Shown here: positions 26,660-38,790 of the stretch, one piece after another
How the letters are laid out: each line of letters begins with the position of its first letter
How positions within the stretch are numbered: the stretch's first letter is position 1
Origin: Octopus vulgaris
Taxonomy: Eukaryota
Reading direction: 5' to 3'
NCBI GenBank assembly: GCA_951406725.2
Contig: OX597814.1
Location: forward strand, 163,866,001-163,930,000
Length of the DNA: 64,000 nucleotides
Position numbers and translations under genes: made by a program
The notes under the pieces: model-generated
The model's database searches: none
Seen by the model: only the letters and a program-made list of their open reading frames with translations
Told to the model about the DNA's origin: nothing

Positions 26660-26930
26660 TCAATGTTCTCTCTTCGTCATATCCCACGTCTTACCCCAGT
26701 ATAAGAGTACAATCAGGACCGTGTTGTTGAAGAGATTGGTGCATAGAGTCTTGCCCACTTTGCTTAGAGCACATCTTTTATCGAGGGAAATGCTTTCCAT
26801 CCTGCCCTTGTTTAATTCAAGATATTAGCACCCATTTCACAACGCATATTCAATGTGTCCAAGGAGAGCTACTCCTTTATCTCTTCGATTTCATGGCTTC
26901 CTACTTCTATTCCGCTTTGGGCTACGTCAT
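26660..26930 (-). mobile_element. RTE-clade LINE reverse transcriptase C-terminal relic
   Basis: Minus strand gives EIEEIKE..., RAGWKAFPSIKDVL and NLFNNTVLIVLLYWGKTWDMTKRE, which resembles RTE (AW.AF...LFNSTVLP.LLYG.ETW..TK). Confidence 0.72.
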
Positions 26931-27313
26931 CGGACGTAGGAATATCGCTGTGAGGTTATATCAGAAATGAAGTGATTCTAGAACGGGGCGTAGTGAACGA
27001 TGTTATTGCAGAATAGCGAAAGTACAAATTCCGTTGCGCCTGATGAGTCGCAAGGCTCACAGACAACAGGCGGACCCGCACAATTGCCGAGTGTTATCCA
27101 AACGATCGGGAAACACCACTCGGAAGGCTTCCATGACGGTGGTAAGACGATTTAGTAAAACCAATTTAGGTCGTGATAGAAAAGAATAGTTCAATCAAGA
27201 AAGAACAAGAAACGCATTATGACCAGAGGTGCATAACATCCTATATTCTGGTCGATACAGGTGAAGTTACTGGCCTTGTGCTAAAATTTGAGACCAATAC
27301 TACTCTTTAGATA

Positions 27314-27508
27314 AAGCAGCAAGCTGGCAGTGTCGTTAGCATGCCAGACAAAATGCTTGGCGACTTTTCTAAGTTCAAATGCCGCCTTGGTTGACTTTGC
27401 CTTTCATCTTTTCATGATCGATATAAGTACCACTTCGGAACTTTGTCGATGTAATCGTCTTAACCCTCTCCTGAAATTGCTGGCCTTGAGCCAAAATTTG
27501 AAACCAAT
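27314..27508 (+). mobile_element. SINE family A, diverged and internally deleted
   Basis: aagctggcagtgtcgttagc...gactttgcctttcatc. Confidence 0.72.
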
Positions 27509-27758
27509 GTTACTTTTTGGATATTTTTCACATTAAATGATGCAATTTTCTTGTTTGTATTTCTTACATTCTTTGCACTTATATTCCAGATGATATTCAT
27601 ACGTAGCTTTCCTAATTGACCTCATTAATGCGTAGACATTTTACAAAATCATTAGCTAGTGTAAGGGAATTTGGCCCTTCAATACTGATGTTAGTGCGTT
27701 AATGGGAATCTAATAGACAATTATAGAGAGAGAGACGGAGAGAGATACGGAGAGAGAG

Positions 27759-27897
27759 ATGTACAAAACCAAATATATGGCACACTAGGCATAACACCAA
27801 CATGAACTTCTAACTTGTCTCTTGAGGTCTCAGGGTGAGACTTGGAGCCAACTTGTGCAAATGCAAAGCAAAAGTCAAACATAAAATAATAATAATA
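27759..27897 (+). mobile_element. Short 3' UTR copy of the Dong-like LINE at 28594, with (TAA)n tail
   Basis: atgtacaaaaccaaatatatggc...gcaaaagtcaaacat is nearly identical to 28772-28898. Confidence 0.85.
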
Positions 27898-27940
27898 GAG
27901 ACAGACAGACAAACAGACACAGAAAGACAGACAGACAGAC

Positions 27941-27971
<31 letters not shown>

Positions 27972-28057
27972 CAGACAAACAGACAGACAGACACAGACAG
28001 ACAGATAGACAAACAGACACAGACAAACAGACATACACAAACAGACAGACAGAAAAC

Positions 28058-28089
<32 letters not shown>

Positions 28090-28170
28090 GCAGAGACAGA
28101 CAGAGAGTGAGGCAGACAGAGACAGAAACGGAGAAAGAGAGAACGAGAGAGATAAAAGAGAAAGAAAGAG
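27898..28170 (+). repeat. (GACA)n/(GA)n microsatellite
   Basis: Seen directly. Confidence 0.93.
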
Positions 28171-28529
28171 AGGAAAATAATCTTTTAGGTTTATTAATAA
28201 AATAATCTCCATTATAAGAACATCAATCAAAGCGAAGTTTAGATAGATATGTTTCAGACTGCATATACGTATTTTCGTGTTTTGCATATGTTATTGATAT
28301 CACAAAAAGTGTAATAAATTGTTTATTTTGCAATTTTTACTGAATCATACATATTTTAATCAAAACATCTCATGTTATTTAAGTTTTATTTACTAAAATT
28401 TATAAGTCCTTTTTTGATTATATAAATTACAATTTCATATATGATATTCATATATAATTTTACGTACATTATATAATTTGTATACACACACACACTCACA
28501 TACATTCAAGCATACATACAGACATACAC

Positions 28530-28593
<64 letters not shown>

Positions 28594-28900
28594 GGAATGA
28601 TAGCAAAAGGGGCTGATTGCTACCAGGAAACCCCAAAATGGCTGAAATTCAAAAGATAGTGCTCATGGGAACTGCCCATATCCTACGTAATATACTGTCT
28701 ATGTAATCTCAAATTTTAAATCAAACACATAATTTTCCTATGGCTTCTTAAACATTCTCTAGAATAACACTATGTACAAAACCAAATATATGGCAGCCCA
28801 GGCATAACACCAACACGAACGTCTAACTTGTTGTCTCTTGAGGTCTCTGGGTGAGACTTGGAGCCAACTTGTACAAATGCAAAGCAAAAGTCAAACATAA
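28594..28900 (+). mobile_element. 5'-truncated R4/Dong LINE 3' end inserted in (TAA)n
   Basis: PGNPKMAEIQKIVLMGTAHILRNILSM*, followed by a 3' UTR; (TAA)n arrays on both sides (28535-28592, 28902-28997). Confidence 0.82.
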
Positions 28901-28901
28901 C

Positions 28902-28997
<96 letters not shown>

Positions 28998-28998
<1 letters not shown>

Positions 28999-29385
28999 CA
29001 CACAGTAGTTGGAGCAAAGATAGCATCTCAAGACAGTTACAATACCAGTGATTGTAGGGGCACTTGAAATGATCAATAAAGGAACTGAAAATTATTTGAG
29101 GATGCTCCATGGATTACCAACCATGCAGGAAGTGCAAAAGATTGTATTAACTTGTACGCCACACGCATTGAGAAGAGTATTGTAGCTGTGAATTTTCTTT
29201 CCTTTTTTGCCCTTTATTTTCTTTGTTTACTTTTATATTCTATATTTTTTCTCTGTGTCTTTCTTCCCCTCTTTTCTATCTGGTGTGATTATTTTAATAG
29301 CCTAGATATGTTTACAGTGTGTTTCACTGCCCTAAGTGTCAGGAAGGTACTCGGCAAGAAAAGGAAATAGAATTGAAAGAAGAGA
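28998..29385 (+). mobile_element. 5'-truncated R4/Dong LINE (different family) ending in (GAA)n
   Basis: HLKTVTIPVIVGAL.MINKGTENYLRML.GLPTMQEVQKIVLTCTPHALRRVL*, then a T-rich 3' UTR and (GAA)n at 29386-29518. Confidence 0.8.
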
Positions 29386-29929
29386 AGAAGAAGAAGAAGA
29401 AGAAGAAGAAGAAGAAGAAGAAGAAGAAGAAGAAGAAGAAGAAGAAGAAGAAGAAGAAGAAGAAGAAGAAGAAGAAGAAGAAGAAGAAGAAGAAGAAGAA
29501 GAAGAAGAAGAAGAAGAATTAACGAAATGCATAAAACGAAGCAAAAGAACAGCGGACGGATAATCATAAATATTATAAAATGATTTAGGAGTTACACACA
29601 CACACACACACACCCACGCACGCACACATACACACACACACACACCCACACACATTACTATGCAACACCCCTCCAAAAACATACAAGAATAAGCTCATAC
29701 TGAAGGCCGATACCCGACAGAAGAACACAACCTGCGCTACACAAACAACATGCAAGATAAAAACTAACACAACAGAAGACTCAAGCAAAACCCCGTAACA
29801 AAACGTAACAAAAAATGCAGCACGCACCATCCCACCAGCACAAAGGTGCAACAAATAATGCAATAGAAAGTTACTAGAAACTTTCAGATGTCGAGAAATA
29901 ATACTGGTGATGACGGTGGTGACGAACGT

Positions 29930-32580
29930 TACCTTACATCAGTTTATGAGAGATAGGAGTTTCCGAAAAACTGTGGTTGTAACAGCGAAAATGAAGCTGG
30001 ACCTTTAAGGGAAGGCTTCTCGCTCGGCAGTGGATCGGTAAAGAAGCAGACTGACCACAGCTGTCATCCTAATACAGTATCAGCAGATAATAGAGCAAGG
30101 AGGAGGAAGTGGACCAGCGAAGAAAACAGGGCTACTTAGAAAAGTGAACCTAAAAGAAGGGGCTATAAATAACGGTTGTTAATACTTTGGGTAGAGAAGG
30201 GTATGTTTAAAGTGACTGCGCAGAGATTAGTTGATAAACCAGTCAATCATAATGGAGATGCAGTATGGTTAAAGAAAGTAGGGGAAGAAGTAGTGAGTGA
30301 GAAGCAGCCAGATCTAAGATTAACTTGTGCATTAATTAGTAAAGTGTTAGGAAAATGCCGAATTGGAAGGGCACAAAACCAGATTTAGTTCAAGGGTACT
30401 GGCTGAAGAAATTTAGTAGTTTACATGGAAGTCTGAGGGAACAATTTCAGGATTGCTTTAATGGAGGAATAATACCAGATTGGATGACTAGTGGGAGGAC
30501 AATACTCATTATAAAGGACAAGAGCAAGGGTAGTACAGCTAGAAACAATAGACCAATCCCTTGTTTACCATTAGTGTGGAAGCTCTTAACAGGAATGCTT
30601 TCAGAAAGCATTTACGAGCGCCTTGACAACCAGAATTTACTACCAGAAGAACAGAAAAGTTGCAGTAATAAGGCTAGAGGAATGCATGATCTATTATATA
30701 TAGACAAAGCAGTTTTAAATCAAGTAAAAGCTAGAAAGAAAAATCTAACAATGGCACGGATAGATTATAGAAAAGCCTAGGACATGATCCCACACTCATG
30801 GATAAATGAATGTTTGAGTATATTCAGTATAACAGACAACATAAGAGAATTAATTAGCTTTAGCATGGAGAAATGAAAAGTAAATCTATATTCAGGTGAC
30901 ATACTCTGGGAAAGTTAATATCAAAAGAGGAATTTTCCAGTGGGGCTCGTAGTCCCTTTTAATATTTGTTCTGTATTTGATACCCCTCACTTTAGTATTA
31001 AGGAAGGCAAAGGGAGAATATCGGTTCAGAAATAGTATTGGAAAAATTAAGCATTTGCTCTACATGGATGATATGAACATTTTTAGTAAGAAAAAGAGAT
31101 AGATTCCTTAATATAGACTCTTCAGCAAAGATACAGGCATTGAATTTGGCATAAATAAGTGTGCAATATTAGTCATGAGAGGGGTACAGGTAGTCAGCAG
31201 TGAAGGCATCCAATTACCAGATGACCAGACATTAAAATAATTGAAAGGAGGAGAGTTATAAGTATCCAGGAGTATTAGAATCTGACAGAGTACTAATTAC
31301 AGAAATGAAAGCAAAAAGTGAGGAGTACATCAGAAGGGTGAGGAAGCTAATGAAGTCAAAGCTAAATGGTCCGAATCTAGTGAAATTTGTAAATACTTGG
31401 GTAGTATCATTACTTAAATATTCAGCATCTTTTGTAGATTAGACAAAAGCTGAATTAGCAAAGCTAGACATAAGAACTGAGAATGAATTCAATATGAATA
31501 GAGGACTCCACGCAAGGGCTGGAGCAGCAAGATTATACCTACCTAGAAAGGAAAGAAGAAGAGTGTTAATATCAGTGGAAGACTGAGTGGAGTTAGTTAG
31601 AGTAGATATAGACTCCTATGTAGGTAATAAGGAAGAAAGTTTATTAAAAGCTGCTAGAGTTACATAAGGAAACCAAAACACCAAACGAACTTAAAAACCA
31701 AAACAAAGAGAAGAAATTATCTGACTGGTAGGAGAAGGCATTGCATGGTAGATTCCCAAAAATAGTTTCAAAATATAGTAGTAGTGAGACATGGTGATGG
31801 CTGGAGATGGGTAAGCTGAAGAGGGAGACAGAAAGTTTGTGAGTAGCTATTCAAGATCAAGCATTAAGGACTAATTGGATAAAAACCAAAATAGGCAAAA
31901 ACCAAGCAGATTCATAATGTAGATTATGCAAATCAAAAGAGGAAAGCGTTACTCATATTTTAGGTGAATGTGGCATGCTGGCACAGAAATAATACAAGAA
32001 AAGACATGACAATCAAGGGAGAGCAATCCAGTGGGAACTTTGTAGAAAACTAGGATTTGAACATACTGATAAATGGTATGAACATGAACCTAGTAAAGTA
32101 GTAGAAAGGGAGAAATACAGGATTTTGTGGGACTTTAACATTCAGACTGACAGAGTTATAGAAGCTAGAAGGTTTGACTTGGTAATAGTAGTTGATAAAG
32201 AGAATAGAAAGTGTCAAATAATTGACTTTAGAGTCCCAAACGTTGAAAAAATTAATATAAGTAGAGAAGAAATAGCAAAGTACCAGGACCTAGCTACCGA
32301 ATTGCGTAGACTATGGAAAGAGCGGATAAAATATATCCCAGTAGTTATAGGTGCATTGGGAGCTATCCCTAAAGATCTGAACAGATGGATAGAGGAAATA
32401 GGCATAAAACCTCGTACAGCTGTAGAAAATAGTGTTATTAGGGACAGCTAAAATATTTAGGAGGGTTCTTGGCATCTAAGGTTAGCTGTTGTAACCCAAT
32501 AGGAGGGTTCTTGGCATCCAAAGCTGTTTGTTGAGGACGGTTATTTCGCTCCCATAAGCAATTCGTTGTACAGTCTTTTG
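29930..32580 (+). mobile_element. R4/Dong-clade non-LTR retrotransposon (RT, CCHC, REL endonuclease), degenerate and internally deleted
   Basis: N-term RRRKWTSEENR...QRLVD; RT motifs PNWKGTKPDLVQGYWLKKF, NNRPIPCLPLVWKLLT, IDYRKA.DMIPHSW and HLLYMDD; zinc finger CRLCKSKEESVTHILGEC; REL domain WDFNIQTDRVIEARR.DLV...KYQDLATELRRLWK...IPVVIGALG. Many stops and frameshifts. Confidence 0.92.
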
Positions 32581-34415
32581 TTTATATCTTGTGTTTGTGG
32601 TGGTGGGACGGTGCTGATGTGAATGCCGTTGTTGTTGTTGACGGTGCTGGTGTGGTTGCTAACGAGGGAGGTGTTTGTGTTTGTTTTGTCATGTGTCTCC
32701 TCACTGTCATCATATCTGCCAGATTTGCTTGTTTTAGTTGGTGAATTTTTGTTCCCTTTTCTTTTTGATCTGGTGACTTGTTGCTATTTAGGCTCTCTAC
32801 TTCCCCCTCCGCGCTGGACATGTCTGAGTGTTCGGAAGAGGGAAGAGGCAAATCTTGTAGGGCTTTTTAGTTGTTTTTTGTTGGTAAAGTTGTTGTTGCT
32901 TTGTGGGGTACTGATGCTGTTGTTTTTGTTGCTGTCTGGTATGTGGAAACCATAGATGTTGGTGAGTTATTTTGTTTGCTATTGTTGTTTTCACTGTTGT
33001 TATTGTTGTTTTTGCTGCTCTAGTGGCCACCTGCCTCTGCTGGTATTGTTGCTGTTGCATTTTGTTGCTGCTGTTGTTGTTGTGTTGGGAGTGTCTGCAG
33101 CAGTGCGGTTTTCTCTTTTGTTTACCTTGGGCAGAAAGCCTTTAAGTGGTCTGTTTGGCCACAAATGTGGCATCTCGGCTTTCTACCCTCTACTGCTACA
33201 AATAGTTTTGTATTTCCAGGGAGCTCAAGGGGACCTGGAATCTCCAGTGCAGTTGCAAAATCTGCATGCAACAAGAGTTCCATCTCTGTGCCATACCAAT
33301 TTTCGTTTTAGTATCAGTGTATCTCTAGAATTTAAATTTTCTCCTCTCTGCCTTACACTACGGCCGCTACCAGCAAGGAGATGTCCATTTCTAATAGCAA
33401 CTCCATTACCTTAACTTTAACGAGCTCCCGATCGAGGTATCTGGAAATCATATGCAATTCCCCGGTCTTAAGGGTTGTCATGACATTTTCTTTGGCTAGT
33501 TGTTCGCTTGAGAACCTCACCATGTGCCAAAGTTTTTATCACATACGACATAACATTTTTTTGTTCCATACAGGTCTCGGGCATTTTTCGACCTGGGCCT
33601 GTGTAGCTCTTTCTATTTTTCGTGTCTTCAATGATCCGCATACTATTGTATGATATACATCTGTACCTTATTGTTTTACGCCTTGTTTCTTCCTGCACTT
33701 CCTCTCGTGTGTTCAGTTGGACTGTCTTACCAGTTCTGGTTAGATGCATTTTGGCTGTAGCCAACTCCACTTCTGACAATTCGACCTCCTCCGTTTTCTG
33801 ATACATCTGAGCGAACCCACTGTTTGCTTAGAAAAAGCAACTGTTGTCTGTACTTTGTTAATTTTTTCTTTGTTTCATGTGTGGTGAAATCTGCAGGTGT
33901 TTGTCAGGAAAGAATTCTTTTTCCTTTCTCTTCACGACTTCACACTTATAGCTGTTGTTGTTGTTGTTGTTGCTCTAGTTGGTCCTCTTGACGGCAGTGG
34001 TGGTAGCAGTGTCAGTCTTTTCCTCCGCTCCTTCTTTCATGCCTCCGTCGGTATTGATAGTGGTGATAATGCTGTTGTTGTTGCTACTGTTGCAGCTGCT
34101 ACTGCTGCTCTTCCTCTCCCTGTCAACCACATTAGGTAGTGGGCGGGGACGAAATATCACAGAGGCTGTTACAAAAAACGTCGACACCCTCGATCTGAAA
34201 AGCCGTGTTGCAAATTTTCTTTGCAAAATATAGAATTTTGAGTTGTTAAAAGTCAAAATTCGCCCTTAAAGGGTGAATTTTTTCCCACCCCAGCTGACCC
34301 TGCTTGTGGAAAGCTGGGTTATCAAAATAACAGTTCTACAAAATATTCAAAAACAAACAGTAAAACAAAAAATTTGAAGAAAATTTAACAAACCTCCAAA
34401 CACGCGGCCGATACA
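32580..34415 (-). mobile_element. 5' half (UTR and ORF1 relic) of a Tx1/L1-like LINE
   Basis: Low-complexity Q/T/N tracts and a degenerate zinc knuckle (CRFCNCTG). Shares the segment LPSSEHSDMSSAEG...gagcctaaatagcaa with the Tx1-like element at 60182-60258. Abuts (TAA)n at 34416. Confidence 0.6.
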
Positions 34416-34439
34416 AATAATAATAACAATAATAATAAC

Positions 34440-34505
<66 letters not shown>
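34416..34505 (+). repeat. (TAA)n microsatellite
   Basis: Seen directly. Confidence 0.97.
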
Positions 34506-34506
<1 letters not shown>

Positions 34507-34925
34507 TGCTGGATCATAGATAAGTAAGCAAACTATGCAGGATCATAAATAAGAAAGCAAACTATGCCGGATCATAGATATAGCATGCCCTGCTGACAAC
34601 AAAGTATGTGATAAGGAAGAAAGAAAAGACGATAGATATGACAGGTTAGCTTGGAAGGTTAAGCAGTTGTATTCGACGAAAAAGGTGGTAGAAGTACAAA
34701 TAATTGTCGGAGCCCTGGGAACAGTAGGTAAAAATCCTGAGAAGTAAATGGCACACATAGGGGCTGCAATAAGAGTGGAGCACTTGCAGAAAACAGAACT
34801 ACTCGGAACCGCTCGAATACTCCGGAAGGTGGTCGAAAAGTAAGGGGTGCTTTACTTTAGTTTACTAGTAGTGAACAGCTGACGCCGTAGTACATCTCCA
34901 GCATTACAAACTGTGCAAAGGCAAT
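34506..34925 (+). mobile_element. 5'-truncated R4/Dong LINE 3' end following (TAA)n
   Basis: KLCRIIDIACPADNKVCDKEERK.DRYDRLAW.VKQL...IIVGALGTV...LQKT.LLGTARILRKVVEK*. Confidence 0.85.
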
Positions 34926-35354
34926 ACGCGTATCATTTTGTTTATTCCGGCTTATGTCTGCGAACCACTCAGGCTTATGTTTATCATTATTAGATTACCT
35001 TCCGCAAGGGGATTATTACATATGATGTGAACTGTAACGGTAAGAGAAACCAGTTCAGTTTAATTTTGGCTTTCATTCTTACGTACCTACGTTAGTATGC
35101 AACCTCTTGTAACAATGTGCACCGTTTCAAGTTGCACAATTACCAAGAGAGGGGTGTAGGCTGTGTACAAATTTCCACGACTTTAAACAATATCTTTGAA
35201 TAGACTCTTGAGTAACAGCAACACCCCTTTGCTTTACTTTGTTGTAGACTAGAGCTCATATTTCATTTTTGAAGGAGAGTCCAACATATATATCGAATAC
35301 CAAATTGTAAATTGACATTTATACCAATAATAATTAATACATTTGATTTTGTTA

Positions 35355-35595
35355 GTAAATTCTTAAGTGACAATCTGGATAAGCTGGGATTTTCAGAAAA
35401 AGAAATCAACGTCTAATTCACACACTACAAATATAATCTATAAGCGGAACAGTAAAAATATGCAAGACGTTTCTCAAGTTCAACATGTGAATTTGCTTTT
35501 GTTATCCTTATCCCATTGCTAGAGCTTTGTGTCTTTGTTACAAACCATCTCCTTCTTTATGGGAAGATTTCCAATAATTAAAAGTAGAAGAGAAC
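35355..35595 (+). mobile_element. 3' end of a REL LINE related to 17496-18090, ending in (CA)/(TACA)n
   Basis: NLDKLGFSEKE...ISGTVKICKTFLKFNM*, a similar 3' UTR, and the microsatellite at 35595-35750. Confidence 0.72.
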
Positions 35596-35870
35596 ACACA
35601 CACACACAGAGAAACACACACACACACTCACACACACAACACACGCACACACGCATACATACATACATACATACATACATACATACATACATACATACAT
35701 ACATACATACATACATACATACATACATACATACATACATACATACATACGTTTTGGGTAATTACGTCAAAATATTTACGAGATGATAATTGATATCAGA
35801 TAGACTAGAAAACGTGTTTTTAAACCAGAAGTTATTTTATCAAGACGAAGGCGAAACGAGAAATGTTGGT

Positions 35871-35871
<1 letters not shown>

Positions 35872-35901
<30 letters not shown>

Positions 35902-36008
35902 AAGAAGAAGAAGAAGAAGAAGAAGAAGAAGAAGAAGAAGAAGAAGAAGAAGAAGAAGAAGAAGAAGAAGAAGAAGAAGAATGTGGCGGAGAAGGAGGAG
36001 GAGGAGGA
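35872..36008 (+). repeat. (GAA)n/(GGA)n microsatellite
   Basis: Seen directly. Confidence 0.97.
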
Positions 36009-37730
36009 TGCTTGTCTATGCCTACAACTGACATCCAAAAGAATGTAAAATCGTGCTCTTTTCAAATATAAAAAATACGGTTCACAGACTCTGATTAGAT
36101 GAAATTTCTGATTGCGCAAAATTTCAGATTAGCTAAAATACCATGCATGACAAAACAGTGAAGCCAATAAACGATATTTCAGTCCCTCGTCTTTATTTGC
36201 TTACAATTCCATCAAGTCTCCTTTGCTTTTTATTCTTATCCACCAGTAAAGGTTTGATGCAGAGTTGAATATTGATGTCCCGAAGTTAAATAAAGGATTT
36301 TGTTCTCTAAAAGGAAAGTATACAGGTCGAAAGTTAAGTCTCTCACAACTTCATCTTGAAGCCTTCTTATCTTCCTAAATCGGAATTAGTTTGACTATGT
36401 GTTTAGGATTTAATTTTGTTACAAATTAGCAATTAAGGAAAACAAGAGACGTTCTCTGGATCTGGTTAATTATACAAAGTCCATCAACAGTGACGAATGC
36501 CAAGATGCACTGAAGCTATATTCAAAATCTTGACCTACATCTTAAGTTGAGGTTCTATGTGGAAATGTGTATAATTTTCTTAATATGAACTTAATTTTCT
36601 TAGTCAATGCTCTAAATTTGCAATGCAATACAGATCACCTGCTGTGAAACGAAATAGATGACTTGTATATTAGCTTTTCCAGCTGCAATCGTTGGTTTAA
36701 TGCTGTCATCATCATTCTCACTGACTTGGTTGCCGTCATCATCTATTTTTTAATGATGCTGCTGATATTATTGTAACTAATTTCGAATATTGCTGTTGTT
36801 GTTGAATATGATGATGTTGCTGCTGTTGTTGTTGTTGTTAAGCAACAAGACGGGTAAGGGTTATTAGGTGATGGTTTAGGGCTTAGGGGCGCGAGACTCC
36901 AGACCTTGAAAAAAAAAACTTTGGTCGTCTTGTTGTAGTCGAGGGCTCTTCGTTGAAGCCCGACACCACTGGGAGGTGGCCCTCGAAGTCGCTGGAAATG
37001 GAGATCTCCAGGTCCAAATTCTTGAACGGCTCATTTTGCTGCTGTTATACATCCCTAATCACTCCCACTGAAGCAGACATTGATTATGAGATGATGTTCG
37101 ATTGATTGATTACAACTTGTTAATTCAACATTCCTGATATTTTATAGTTTCATCTTGAATAGATCTGTGCATGTTTTGCCTTTTGATCCGCAAAGTTTGT
37201 ACAGAATTTTCTCACGTTCGAGTCTTCTTTTCGTCTTCCAGACGTCTTCTTTTCGGATATACTGTTACAGAAAAGATAACTTCAATTATATTTCTTCTGC
37301 TTTAGACAGCATAGTTTGGTTTGAAGGAGGTTTGGTTACTTCTGTTAGCAAGTTGAGTAACTGCATAGTGAAAGTGAAACGTGTTTTCGTTGAGCCGGAT
37401 GGAACGACGCCTCAGGAAATCTTTACGAGGTGTCAGGTGTATCGGTTGGTGCCGGCACCACTATCTTCGGTTTGGTGGCGTGATCCTTGCTACAATCGCT
37501 ATGCACTAGCTGCAGTGTAAAAGGCAGCATGAAACCCAAAACAGGGATTTACGCTCCATGCGAACGGAACATGGATCAGACCAATTTCTAATGTAAATAC
37601 GCGCTTCTGATGCGCGAATCGGTGATCAAAACGAGTGAAGGACCTATTGAACGTCTATTTGTTGGTTTGCTCCGAAATTTTCTTAACACAAGTAATTCTG
37701 TCCAATAATACAAACGGTTTAAATTTACTA

Positions 37731-37953
37731 GCTGGCAGAAACGTTAGCGCGCCGGGCGAAATGCTTAGCGGTATTTCGTCTGTCGTTACGTTCTGAGTTC
37801 AAATTCCGCCGAGGTCGACTTTGCCTTTCATCCTTTTGGGGTCGATAAATAAAGTACCAGTTACGCCTTGGGGACGATTTAATCGACTTAATACCTATGT
37901 CTGTCCTTGTTTGTCCCCTCTATGTTTAGCCCCTTGTGGGTAATAAAGAAATA
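37731..37953 (+). mobile_element. SINE family A, young, with 15-bp TSD
   Basis: GGTTTAAATTTACTA at 37716-37730 and 37954-37968. Confidence 0.93.
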
Positions 37954-38367
37954 GGTTTAAATTTACTATCTAATTTATAACCACTTCTGCGTAGTAGAGA
38001 CAACAATTGCATTACAAATTCATGGTGCCAATTAAAACACTTTTCTTAAAAACTGTTACTGCGTAAATAACCTATCCTTTACTCATCACATCTCTGGAGA
38101 TGTGATGGTCAATTTCGATGACATAATAGGAGCCTCTACGCGTTCTTCTCGAAATAACATGCAAATCAAATCCTACTAGCTGAAAATAAAAGACATATTA
38201 GACAATGTAGTTTTACATACACTGCATATAGGAAGAAAACTGAGATGGTTTCACTTCTTGATCAAGGTTGATCTGAGATTAAACCACAGCAAATATTAGT
38301 GCAACTGGAAAGTGTGATGTCGGGTTTGAAAGGAAAAGTAGTCTACATTGGTGCAAATTACCAACAG

Positions 38368-38790
38368 TAGGCGTAGGAGTGGCTGTGTGGTAAGTAGCTT
38401 GCTTACCAACCACATGGTTCCGGGTTCAGTCCCACTGCGGGGCACCTTAGGCGAGTGTCTTCTGCTATAGCCTCGGGCCGACCAAAGCCTTGTGAGTGGA
38501 TTTGGTAGACGGAAACTTAAAGAAGCCAGTCGTATATATGTATATATATGTATATGTGTGTATATGCTTGTGTGTCTGTGTTTGCCCCCCTCCCCAACAT
38601 CGCTTGACAACCGGTGCTGGTGTATTTATGTCCCCGTAACTTAGCGGTTCGGCAAAAGAGAGAAATAGAATAAGTACTAGGCTTACAAAGAATAAGTTCT
38701 GGGGTCGACTTGCTCGACTAAAGGCGGTACTCCAGCATGGCTGCAGTCAAATGACTGAAACAAGTAAAAGAACAAAAAGAACAAAAAGTA
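38368..38790 (+). mobile_element. SINE family B, full-length
   Basis: AGGCGTAGGAGTGGCTGTGTGGTAAG...GGGTTCAGTCCC...GACTGAAACAAGTAAAAGA. Confidence 0.9.

Noticed and set aside
36760-37720. GC-richer segment, possibly a LINE ORF1 relic on the minus strand (RSIQDE similar to RSIQ*E at 59335)
   Set aside because: Similarity is too short to assign, and ORF 37155..37520 has no recognisable domain
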